The notes beneath the pieces were generated by a model that was not told the DNA's origin, searched no databases, and saw only the letters and a list, made by a program, of their open reading frames with translations. A program made the translations under genes and the position numbers. Shown here in pieces: positions 21,483 through 30,329 of a DNA stretch of 64,000 bases. Each line of letters begins with the position of its first letter. Position 1 is the first letter of the stretch. This stretch comes from Candidatus Heimdallarchaeota archaeon (GTDB lineage Archaea; Asgardarchaeota; Heimdallarchaeia; Hodarchaeales; Hodarchaeaceae), in the NCBI GenBank assembly GCA_019057635.1, contig DXJL01000156.1, positions 1-64,000 on the forward strand. Reading direction: 5' to 3'.

Positions 21483-22136
21483 ATGTCAAGTCGTTTGGAA
21501 GATCAAAATCATGAATTCAACTTTCTAAACGAACTAGGTAGAAAAGCAGTCCACTTGACTGTGTTAATTATTCCTTTTAGTTACCATGTACTTAAAATCG
21601 AGTTATGGTTTATAATTTTGTCATTATTCGGTGTTTTATGCTTTTTCATTCCGATGGAGCTATACCGTCTTAAGGTCAATCCAAGAACATGGTTAAACTT
21701 CATAACTCGGGAAGCAGAAAAGGATGAAGTTGCAAACTATATTCCTTCAACACTTATTTGGTTAGCAGTATTGCTTGGAGTTTACTGTTTTTATTCAATG
21801 GAAATAGCAGAATTGGCATTATTAGCAACTGTACTTGGAGATTCTGCTGCAGCGCTTATTGGAAAAGGAGTAGGGCAGCATAGATTGCCCCTTACTAAGG
21901 AGAAAACAATAGAAGGGTACTTGGGAGGAGTAGTATTCGCTTACATAATTGGATTTGCCTTTCTATATATAATTGGAATGCCCTCCCTAATCCTCCCTCT
22001 CTTACCCGCTGTTGCGATAGCAATATTCGATTTTTTTGAAGATTTACCATATTGGGCGGCAGATAACCTATTTCACCCATTAATAACGCTTGCCCTCGCA
22101 TATATCTCAATTATTCTAGGAATTATTAATGTTTAA
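21483..22136 (+). CDS. CTP-dependent polyprenol/diacylglycerol kinase family (SEC59/DGK1/VTE5-like)
   Basis: RKAVH, GDSAAALIGK, KTIEG, DN motif; multi-TM. Confidence 0.82.
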   Translation: MSSRLEDQNHEFNFLNELGRKAVHLTVLIIPFSYHVLKIELWFIILSLFGVLCFFIPMELYRLKVNPRTWLNFITREAEKDEVANYIPSTLIWLAVLLGVYCFYSMEIAELALLATVLGDSAAALIGKGVGQHRLPLTKEKTIEGYLGGVVFAYIIGFAFLYIIGMPSLILPLLPAVAIAIFDFFEDLPYWAADNLFHPLITLALAYISIILGIINV

Positions 22137-22143
22137 TTCCTCA

Positions 22144-22875
22144 TTACGGTTTTCCTGTTAATGGTATCATCTTATTTGAATTGCATACATCACAATGATT
22201 ATTTTTGATGAAACAATTCTTACAATAAGGCGTACTACAGCTGGGATTACCACACATTACCGTAGCAAGAGCATTACATGAATTACATACAGTTTTAGAT
22301 CCAAATATATTCCGAGATTGCCCGTAACGCTTGATTCGATAGTATACAATAATACTAAGTAATATTAGAAGGAAAAAGAGGAAGGGAACGACGAAAGGAA
22401 GATCAAAGAGTGTTTTGGGAATCTCTGTTGCATCAAGCAATATCTCAGATATTGTCACTTGATAGAATAAATCTTCATTATGGAAGGGATCTGTTTCATT
22501 ATTGAAGGCCTCTCCATCTATAAAAAACACGTTAAACGTTTTTGTATCACCTGCTTTCATATATACTCCATCATATATACCCAATATGCCCTTTAGAAAT
22601 CCCACATTTGGTGGAACAGTTAGATCTGGATACAGTTCATATAATTCATTGGGTGCATTTGGATCGTTTGGATCGTGAACCCATACAGTACCATTTTGCC
22701 GCTCTACAACCTCCGTTTCAATCCACAAAGTATAGTTGAGCTTAACAACGTCATTTAGTTCTACAAGAGTATCAGGTGTAACGTCTATTGCGTTACTTAG
22801 CTGAATACTTCCACTAGAAGCTGGAATAATCAGAAATGAGAAGAAAATAAGTGGTAAAAAGCTTCTACGATCCAT
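22144..22875 (-). CDS. Single-pass membrane protein: signal peptide, FKBP-like domain, TM helix, C-terminal 8-Cys zinc finger
   Basis: DVVKLNYTLW, GF.KGILG..MKAGDTKTF and LFYQVTI are FKBP-like. The C-terminus is CxxC-x7-C-x4-C-x4-CxxC-x6-CxxC. Confidence 0.6.
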   Translation of the reverse strand: MDRRSFLPLIFFSFLIIPASSGSIQLSNAIDVTPDTLVELNDVVKLNYTLWIETEVVERQNGTVWVHDPNDPNAPNELYELYPDLTVPPNVGFLKGILGIYDGVYMKAGDTKTFNVFFIDGEAFNNETDPFHNEDLFYQVTISEILLDATEIPKTLFDLPFVVPFLFFLLILLSIIVYYRIKRYGQSRNIFGSKTVCNSCNALATVMCGNPSCSTPYCKNCFIKNNHCDVCNSNKMIPLTGKP

Positions 22876-22986
22876 TCTTGATCACAGGGTAAGTCAATGA
22901 GCCATTTATTGGAAGAGGATTTTTATATTTATTTCTTCTAAATAGGAGAAGAAAAATATTATGCTCTCAGAATAACAACACCTTAA

Positions 22987-23403
22987 GTGAAAATGGTAAC
23001 ACCTTCAGGCTTAACATTAAAATTTGTCCTTCAAGGCTGGGCTGCTAATAATTCTCGTCGATCAGAGGGCATAGCATTTCTAGCTCAAGATCCAGCTACA
23101 GCTCGAGCGAGAATTGAGGCATTCAAAGATAAAACTCATCGGATTTTGATTTGTCCTTTATTAGATTGGTCGTGGTCAGATATCGCTAATGAAGTTGCAG
23201 GAGTTGTTACAGATCATGGAACAAGAGTTTCCAGAGGATCAGAAGTTTCTGGAATTGTTCAGGTCGCTGCTGTATTAGGTACTAGAGAAGCTACTGCCAA
23301 AATTAAAGATGGAGATTATGTACAGATAATTTGTGAAGGAAATGAGGCACTAGCGAAAATTTTTGAACCAATAAAAAATGTTTCTGGTATTAAAGAAACC
23401 TAA
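22987..23403 (+). CDS. Stand-alone PEP-utilising mobile (swivel) domain protein with the catalytic His absent
   Basis: AGVVTDHGTRVSRGSEVS...AVLGTREATAKIKDGD aligns with the PpsA segment AAIITNRGGRTCHAAIVS...AIIGTENATKILKDGM in this window. Confidence 0.75.
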   Translation: MKMVTPSGLTLKFVLQGWAANNSRRSEGIAFLAQDPATARARIEAFKDKTHRILICPLLDWSWSDIANEVAGVVTDHGTRVSRGSEVSGIVQVAAVLGTREATAKIKDGDYVQIICEGNEALAKIFEPIKNVSGIKET

Positions 23404-23409
23404 AATTCG

Positions 23410-24027
23410 CTACTCTTCTTCTATTCGATTTCCTACAGAAGATTGTACCTCTTGTTCTGCTAGTTTTAATTTCACGTAACTATCCCATTCCTCCTGATTT
23501 TTACGAAATTTTTCTTCCCATTTTGTGGAGAGTGATAATAATTGATTTTCATGTTGGGTTGTCATCGTTGTAAGGTTAGACTCCAACTCCATTACTGTAG
23601 TGTTCAGGCGCGAGAATTGTCTTAATGTTTCTTCTTTCTCACTTTCCAAAGTCTTAGCTCGCTGTTCTAATATTTTTACCTGTTTTTGCAGACCATCTGT
23701 TTCTGCTTCTTTTTTTGTAAGAGATTGTTGGAGTTCTTCTACTATATTAGAATCTGTTTGAGAACTTTTTCTAGCGTGGGTACGTGCCTTCTTGGCAACA
23801 CTGATGGAATATTGGTTGAGAAGATCCTGATTGATCTTTATTAGTTGATCCGTGATCTCTCGGACGAAGTTTTCAGCTTGATAAACAGGTACACTTGAAT
23901 GAGCAGGAACTCGACGTGGTATGGATTGTAAAAATTTATCACGAGATTCTCCTAGTTGTCTTTTGGACTCAGAAATAAGAGGGTCGAATAATTTCATAAT
24001 ATAATTTCCAAGATCGGAATCTGACAT
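23410..24027 (-). CDS. Coiled-coil hypothetical protein
   Basis: Heptad-rich E/Q/K/L C-terminal half. Confidence 0.6.
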   Translation of the reverse strand: MSDSDLGNYIMKLFDPLISESKRQLGESRDKFLQSIPRRVPAHSSVPVYQAENFVREITDQLIKINQDLLNQYSISVAKKARTHARKSSQTDSNIVEELQQSLTKKEAETDGLQKQVKILEQRAKTLESEKEETLRQFSRLNTTVMELESNLTTMTTQHENQLLSLSTKWEEKFRKNQEEWDSYVKLKLAEQEVQSSVGNRIEEE

Positions 24028-24323
24028 AGAATCACACTGGGGATATCATACAAGACAGTACTTTTAGTGTAATTTATACACTCTTTTTAATATTGGTATT
24101 TTTTACAAATCATTTTTTATTCTTTATTGAAACTCAAACTTCAGCGAGATTTAAGAATATTAAAAAAGGAATTCAAAGTCATTTGACATACTTATGCTGG
24201 TTTACCTTAATTATAATCGTAATGTTGGTAAAAGGAGGGTGAATTAGAGAATTTCTCCGAATTCTCATAATATTAGCACACCTTTATAATAGATACACAG
24301 AAGAACATTATAGGGATATAATT

Positions 24324-24692
24324 ATGTCTTATCAAGATGATATGAACGCTTTAATCCAAAATGGATATGTGTCAATCGTTACAATTTTAGATCCTAATGG
24401 GGCACCCTATTGGACAAACCAACCCGAATGGCATGTTGACGGCCCTGCTCTTTTATCCTCATGGCAAAACAAAGAGCCAGGTGTTAATATTGCTGGAGTT
24501 CGTTACTCCAGTATGGTTAATGATTGGGAAGTTGGCAACTTTGTAGCCCGAAATGTAGGCGGAGCAGGAATAATTTGCCTAGTACGAGCGCCAAATAATT
24601 ATTATTTTTTGACCTGGACTCCTGGTGATGTTCAGATTCCTTCTATCAATGTCCACGGCGAAGTAGCAAAGATGGCTATTAAATTCCAGTAA
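24324..24692 (+). CDS. Profilin-like protein (eukaryotic signature protein)
   Basis: 122 aa; MSYQ N-terminal helix, TILDPNG..YW and GVNIAGVRY match the profilin pattern (MSWQ.., AI...DG..WA, G..v.G.KY). Confidence 0.8.
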   Translation: MSYQDDMNALIQNGYVSIVTILDPNGAPYWTNQPEWHVDGPALLSSWQNKEPGVNIAGVRYSSMVNDWEVGNFVARNVGGAGIICLVRAPNNYYFLTWTPGDVQIPSINVHGEVAKMAIKFQ

Positions 24693-24705
24693 ATATTCAT
24701 CCACT

Positions 24706-24722
24706 CCCTTTCTCTTTTTTTT
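24706..24722 (+). terminator. Archaeal oligo-T terminator after profilin
   Basis: Pyrimidine tract ending in a long T run just after the stop codon. Confidence 0.5.
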
Positions 24723-24854
24723 ATTGAATTTTCCTATTCGTCAGAGTCTTAAGTCATATTTCTTTTAAGATGAGTAAAACTTTCATTCATTATTCTTTTC
24801 TTTATGAGAAGATGTTTTGAAATATCAGCTTCTAGATCGCTAGATGAGTAACAA

Positions 24855-27659
24855 ATGAACGGCCAATGGAAAAATACTTTTGTTTCACTAAGCAACATTA
24901 GAAATAATCTTCTTGCGGTAAGTTCCACCTCAGATAATTCATCATATGACTTTGTAAATCAATATCTCTTACAAATGACAGTTTTATGGACTTTACAGAA
25001 ACATCGGTACTTCAATGATGATGAAAACTATTTTATTACGATGTTCCATTTAATTGAAAAGAATGATCAAAATATTCCTTTCAATACCTACAATGAGTTT
25101 ATAAATTCATTATTAATAGAATTGTCTTCACTGAATGATAATCATCTTAGCATAGATCAACGATTTGGGAGATTACGAGGCTGCAAATCTGCGATATTTA
25201 TCAATATCTCACTTTTACAAAAGAAAGCAAATTTCTCTAACGCAAGATACTACAATTCATTAAAATCGCTTTTGAGTGATAATGAAATTTCCAAGTCACT
25301 GGGAATATTAACAGTTCTTGATCGAATAGATTTTGAAATTAACGGAACATTTTTGGGATCCTTATATGAGTGGTTGATATCATCTAGAACCAAAAGGAAA
25401 GGTGGAGTATATTATACTCCCGTGGAACTAACAGCTTATATTTCGCGCTACTCAGTAAGAACGCTACTAATGGGTCAGTTGGGGGTTAAATCTAGATATT
25501 CACTTGATGCCTGGGTTACTTATTTCGAGTCCCTTGATAGCACTGGTTTATTAAGATTGTATGAAACATTAATTAATTTAACGATACTAGATCCCGCTGT
25601 TGGTACTGGACAATTCCTAGAAAGTGTTATTGACGAATTATTATCAATATATTCTAAGCTAGTCAGAAAATTTAAAGCTTTAAATCTGTCACTACCGCTC
25701 AATCTTATTACCAATCGATCTCATAACACTGGAAACCTAATCGATCTTACAAAGATTACAGATCAGACAGAATTTGAATTCTATCTATTAACACATCTGA
25801 TTTTTCCAAAATCATTATATGGAGTAGATATAGACCCTTTTGTTATTCCTTTCACAAAGACTCGGTTATTTATTTATGCTGCTCAACGAATTAACCATCA
25901 TGAGAAAGATTTTCATTTCATTAATCCATTCCAGTGTAATTTAAAGGTTGGAGATGCACTGTTGATGGCTTGGGAGGATTTCTTCCCAAAAACATTGACT
26001 AAGAAAAATAATTTCTCTCTTATTCTTACAAATCCCCCTTATATTGGAGAAAGTGACAATAAGGAACTATTTAGGAAATATTCGGTTGCTTTTCCTACGT
26101 ATTATGAGGGAAAACTCAACATTTGGTATCTATTTTTTCATTTAGCCCTTAATTTAGTTCAATCTGGAGGTATTGTATCTTTTTTAGTCTCTAATTATTG
26201 GTTGACTGCCTCAGGAGCTTCAAAATTACGTAAAAGAATGCTGGAAGAAACTTTTATATTAGAATTTATTGATTTTAAAGAAAATCGTTTGTTTAAAGGA
26301 GCTCAAGGTATTCATTCTAGTATAATAACCATAAAGAAACTGAAAAAGCACAATTCATCCATAAATTGTGTTTTCTATACAAAGAAAGAACCAGTGAACA
26401 GTCAACTTCTAAATAAAATGTCGGATCAATTGGTATTCCAAATTAACCAGAAAAATCTTACTTTACACAATTGGGATGACTATTTTCATTTTCTTCCTTC
26501 TGATGTCTCTCTCATACTGAATAATATGATTAATAAATCCTCTCCTCTTAAAACCTCCACCTACACAGTAAAAGAAGGCTTGATCACAGGTCTTAACAAG
26601 ATTACTAAACGTCAAATTGAGAAATATGGATACCCTATAACTTGGATAAATCGTGGCATATATGTGTTTGATAGTAAAAATAAAAATGACCAAAAGACTA
26701 TTCAGACATTTACAACTGAGGAAAATGAATATTTACGTCCTTTATACAAAAGTTCATCTATAGTGGATTATTCAACACGAGCTAAGACTGATCAACGCTT
26801 TCTTTATCTAGTAAGGAGAGATGTAGATATTTCCACAATCCCAAATATAAAAAAGCATCTTGAACAATACCAAACAGCTACGCACAATTCGTTAGATCAC
26901 CCTCCATATATTAATCGTCCTCGACAAAAAGACATCTTTCTCTCTCCAAAACTTGTGACTCCTCAAAGAGCACGGAAAACAAACTTTGGATACAGCTTTA
27001 CAGAATGGTTTGCTGCTCAAGATGTATATTTTATTCTCGAAGAGAGAAACTCAATTCAAAAATTGAAAATTCTCCTTATTCTTCTGCAATCGAAGGTATC
27101 TTTCTACTGGTTCTCTTGGATGGGGAAAAAAAAGGGCTCTCAGTTGGAGTTTTTTGGTGAGTCAGTTTCTAACTTTCCCATTCCTAAGAAATTGAATAAA
27201 GGAGATCTTCTAGCGCGGATCGCTGATTATTTAATTTTTCTGAACTCCTTTGAAAACAAGTCAAATGAATATGAACATATAAGGAGGTTTCTAGAAGAAG
27301 GAATCGCTAATGTTGTTGTTTATAAGAGTTATTTTAACGACTTAATTCTCACTTCTCCAAGTCAAAATCAACTTTACGAGGATGTTTGTGATTTTCTAGT
27401 TAAATCCCTCGAAGAAATTGACATAGAACATTTTTTAAAACTCCGACATGCCATTTCTGTCACAGAAAGTGTTACCACGACTAATAAGACAAACTTTATG
27501 GATTTAAAAGAGTCTATCTTATCTACAATTAATGCCTCCTTTCATAAATTAGTTTCTGATCAGAGGATTGAAAAACTGAACAGTGAAGTAAGCACAAGCC
27601 ATATTGTAGAACAGATTGGCAATTATTATGATTCTAAAAACATTAAAGATACAACATAG
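24855..27659 (+). CDS. Eco57I/TaqI-like gamma-class N6-adenine DNA methyltransferase with TRD; no evident nuclease domain
   Basis: GVYYTP, ILDPAVGTGQF, YGVDID, NPPY, TaqI-C-like C-terminal region. Confidence 0.88.
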   Translation: MNGQWKNTFVSLSNIRNNLLAVSSTSDNSSYDFVNQYLLQMTVLWTLQKHRYFNDDENYFITMFHLIEKNDQNIPFNTYNEFINSLLIELSSLNDNHLSIDQRFGRLRGCKSAIFINISLLQKKANFSNARYYNSLKSLLSDNEISKSLGILTVLDRIDFEINGTFLGSLYEWLISSRTKRKGGVYYTPVELTAYISRYSVRTLLMGQLGVKSRYSLDAWVTYFESLDSTGLLRLYETLINLTILDPAVGTGQFLESVIDELLSIYSKLVRKFKALNLSLPLNLITNRSHNTGNLIDLTKITDQTEFEFYLLTHLIFPKSLYGVDIDPFVIPFTKTRLFIYAAQRINHHEKDFHFINPFQCNLKVGDALLMAWEDFFPKTLTKKNNFSLILTNPPYIGESDNKELFRKYSVAFPTYYEGKLNIWYLFFHLALNLVQSGGIVSFLVSNYWLTASGASKLRKRMLEETFILEFIDFKENRLFKGAQGIHSSIITIKKLKKHNSSINCVFYTKKEPVNSQLLNKMSDQLVFQINQKNLTLHNWDDYFHFLPSDVSLILNNMINKSSPLKTSTYTVKEGLITGLNKITKRQIEKYGYPITWINRGIYVFDSKNKNDQKTIQTFTTEENEYLRPLYKSSSIVDYSTRAKTDQRFLYLVRRDVDISTIPNIKKHLEQYQTATHNSLDHPPYINRPRQKDIFLSPKLVTPQRARKTNFGYSFTEWFAAQDVYFILEERNSIQKLKILLILLQSKVSFYWFSWMGKKKGSQLEFFGESVSNFPIPKKLNKGDLLARIADYLIFLNSFENKSNEYEHIRRFLEEGIANVVVYKSYFNDLILTSPSQNQLYEDVCDFLVKSLEEIDIEHFLKLRHAISVTESVTTTNKTNFMDLKESILSTINASFHKLVSDQRIEKLNSEVSTSHIVEQIGNYYDSKNIKDTT

Positions 27660-27714
27660 ATTAAGGAATTTTAAATTGATAATTAATTTATCTTTTTGAG
27701 TTTTAACTTAGTGA

Positions 27715-28653
27715 TCAATTGAAATAGTAATCAAGAGATCGTATTTGATCTTGAGAGATAATATTTTTCATTCGTTTCTTAATTGATTTCACATAAGAAA
27801 CTTGCTCAATTTTTAGGCTATAATTCTGAGCTGTAAGAAATATCCAAACATTCCATAATGCCCGATTTATCCATCCTCGACTTCCTGGTTGCTGTAGTTG
27901 TGTAAAATTCTCAAGGAAAGGTGGTTTATACATATCAAACAGTTCCACAGTAAACCATTTCCTAGTTCTTGATGATTTCCTTACTCTAGGAACTGATCTA
28001 GAACCCTCAGGAGTATAACAATCTCCAATTGCAGCATTTCTCCTCCATCCAATCCAATCTATTGACTCAAGATACTTCCTGAAAGCCAATTGGTGAAAAG
28101 GACTCCCTAGCCCAAATCCATGAAATTTTTGGACAGTTATTGAACGAAATTTGGCTAACCAAGCAGCAACATCGAAAACACTTCCTTTCTCGTTAATTTT
28201 TAGCGGGGAAACCATTCCTCCCAATCCGATATTGGAGACTGAATAATCTACAGTATTAATTTTTGGAAAATGAACGACTGGTAAAATTGGATGATCAATA
28301 CTCTGCATTAGAGTCGACCAATTGCTAAAAGATTTGTACGGATTTCCGATGACATCAAGATTCACAATTAAATCACTGTCGTTTACCCCTATATTCTTAA
28401 GAAAATCAGTATAATTTTCTAACGAAATTGAGATTCCTGAATGATGTGCACTATAGGCACCAGAGTCAATCATTATAGGTCCGTCGAAAGAAAAGTAGTC
28501 ATGCAAACCTTTTGCTTTAATCCTTCGAAAGAACCTTCTAAACTGCCAATATGAAAACAATATTCCAGATTTTTTTTCATGCATGCATTGTCTAATTTCA
28601 TTTGCATGTACCCAAGGAAAAAATCCCTGTACAAAACCTAAGTATAATTTCAA
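27715..28653 (-). CDS. TGT/DpdA-like transglycosylase homolog 1
   Basis: IMIDSGAYS, NLDVI, LPVVH, IGLGGMV, FHGFG, SID: the TGT-barrel motif order. Confidence 0.75.
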   Translation of the reverse strand: MKLYLGFVQGFFPWVHANEIRQCMHEKKSGILFSYWQFRRFFRRIKAKGLHDYFSFDGPIMIDSGAYSAHHSGISISLENYTDFLKNIGVNDSDLIVNLDVIGNPYKSFSNWSTLMQSIDHPILPVVHFPKINTVDYSVSNIGLGGMVSPLKINEKGSVFDVAAWLAKFRSITVQKFHGFGLGSPFHQLAFRKYLESIDWIGWRRNAAIGDCYTPEGSRSVPRVRKSSRTRKWFTVELFDMYKPPFLENFTQLQQPGSRGWINRALWNVWIFLTAQNYSLKIEQVSYVKSIKKRMKNIISQDQIRSLDYYFN

Positions 28654-28769
28654 AAGAAATTTTACCCCTAAATCAATTTAATACATCACAAAAATATGTT
28701 GTTACCATTCGTATAATCATACATAATTTTCTTCTATAATTAGCTGTGTGATAATAAAGGTGTAGATAT

Positions 28770-29243
28770 ATGTCACCATCGAAATACCTCCTCATTATCT
28801 CATGTGGGAAGAAAAAATCCGAGGAACTTAAACACCATGCTTTGAAAGCAGAGGAGGCATATAAAGGACCAATGTTTCAAGTCATAAACAAAGCGAAAAG
28901 GGAAAATAGGTGGGGAGATAATCTGAAACTAGGTATCGTTTCAGCAAAATATGGATTCTTACGAGCAAGTGACTTGATCACCTATTATGATCTTAAAATG
29001 ACAACAGCTATTGCCAAACAACTTCAATCGCAAGTAATTGAGAGCATTCAAAGTTGGCATGATGCTGAATTATTTTCATTAATATATGTGATCATGGGTA
29101 AGGATTATTTAGCAAGTGTGAAAGGATTGGAAAATTACATTAAAACAGATATCAGAATTGAAAATATGGGAGGATTAGGCATTGGACAGCGAAAACTCTT
29201 GGATTTCCTCAATTTATTAGATATTTCTGGTTTAGATTCGTGA
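28770..29243 (+). CDS. DUF6884/YaaA-like protein
   Basis: LIISCGKKK, AEEAYKG.MF, IVSAKYG, YDLKM, GLGIGQR. Confidence 0.72.
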   Translation: MSPSKYLLIISCGKKKSEELKHHALKAEEAYKGPMFQVINKAKRENRWGDNLKLGIVSAKYGFLRASDLITYYDLKMTTAIAKQLQSQVIESIQSWHDAELFSLIYVIMGKDYLASVKGLENYIKTDIRIENMGGLGIGQRKLLDFLNLLDISGLDS

Positions 29244-29255
29244 GGAGAAGAAAAA

Positions 29256-30317
29256 ATGAGCTTTGCTTTAGGAACTCCCATCAATGCTCGAACAAGACCT
29301 TGGAAATATGATTGGATTGTAAAACCTGATTCCTTGATGATCTCTGCTATCGATTTAATGGAAAATTCAAGTTTATTTGAGAAAATAAAGAAAATCGGGA
29401 TTCACGAGTATTTAGAATGGGACGGTCCTCTAGTCTGTGATTCTGGGGCGTTTTCTGCCATTAATCGGAAAAAGAAGATCAATGTTGAAATCGAACAATT
29501 AAAACTCTATTATCGAGAGTTAACAAGACAAGATCCAAATATTATCAAGATCACACTAGATTATCCTGATGAGAACATCCTCTCGAATTATCTAGAATTG
29601 CTTCCATATGAGGTCCAACCAGTCATTCCGTATAACCAATTACAGCTTTTGGAGCAAATTGCAACAGAATCTGGATTACCTGAATGGAGCTTCATTGGAC
29701 GCTTAGTTCCTTTAATGAGAGGAGGTAGTGGATATAAAAGTCGATTGTTTTCTGCTATCAACGATTTTAAAAACAAATTAGATGAATTTTCTTATAATGA
29801 AAAATGTAGAATATGGGCCTTGGGAGTAGGTGCACCTAGTATTCTGATCGAGGTATTAACAGCCGTGGATGGATGTGATTCATCTCGTTGGAGAATTACT
29901 GGCTCTAATATGATTTTACTTCCGCATGGAGGGGAACGGGGAGTTGGTAACAAGACTAAATGGAGGGGAACTCATCGTAGAATTACAGAGGGGGATGAAA
30001 AAATGTTGGTTTTACAGATTTTACAACAAATAGATACTCTCTCAGGAGGATTAGAAACTCTTGATAAATCATTATGGTTTAATAAGAATCCTAAACAACT
30101 TAAAAATCATTTTGAGGTAAATTTACCGAGTATTGGAGAGCTTATAGAAAAATTAAGAAACAATATTCAAACAATGACGGTTTACAACTTAGAATTGCTA
30201 TTAAGAAGTTCTGGAAATCTACGTCTTATATTCAATTACTTTGCTGCGTTGCATTACAAGCTAGAAGAAAGAGATAATACTAATTATGGGAACAATAATC
30301 CAAACTTCATAATCTAG
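29256..30317 (+). CDS. TGT/DpdA-like transglycosylase homolog 2
   Basis: GIHEYLEWDGPLVCDSGAFS (cf. GLHDYFSFDGPIMIDSGAYS in homolog 1), TLDYP, IGRLVP, WALGVG, CDSSRW. Confidence 0.72.
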   Translation: MSFALGTPINARTRPWKYDWIVKPDSLMISAIDLMENSSLFEKIKKIGIHEYLEWDGPLVCDSGAFSAINRKKKINVEIEQLKLYYRELTRQDPNIIKITLDYPDENILSNYLELLPYEVQPVIPYNQLQLLEQIATESGLPEWSFIGRLVPLMRGGSGYKSRLFSAINDFKNKLDEFSYNEKCRIWALGVGAPSILIEVLTAVDGCDSSRWRITGSNMILLPHGGERGVGNKTKWRGTHRRITEGDEKMLVLQILQQIDTLSGGLETLDKSLWFNKNPKQLKNHFEVNLPSIGELIEKLRNNIQTMTVYNLELLLRSSGNLRLIFNYFAALHYKLEERDNTNYGNNNPNFII

Positions 30318-30329
30318 AGAGGCTAATCA

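Noticed and set aside
24855-27659. Complete type IIG restriction-modification enzyme
   Set aside because: No N-terminal PD-(D/E)xK nuclease region is recognisable; the protein appears to begin at the helical domain before the MTase.
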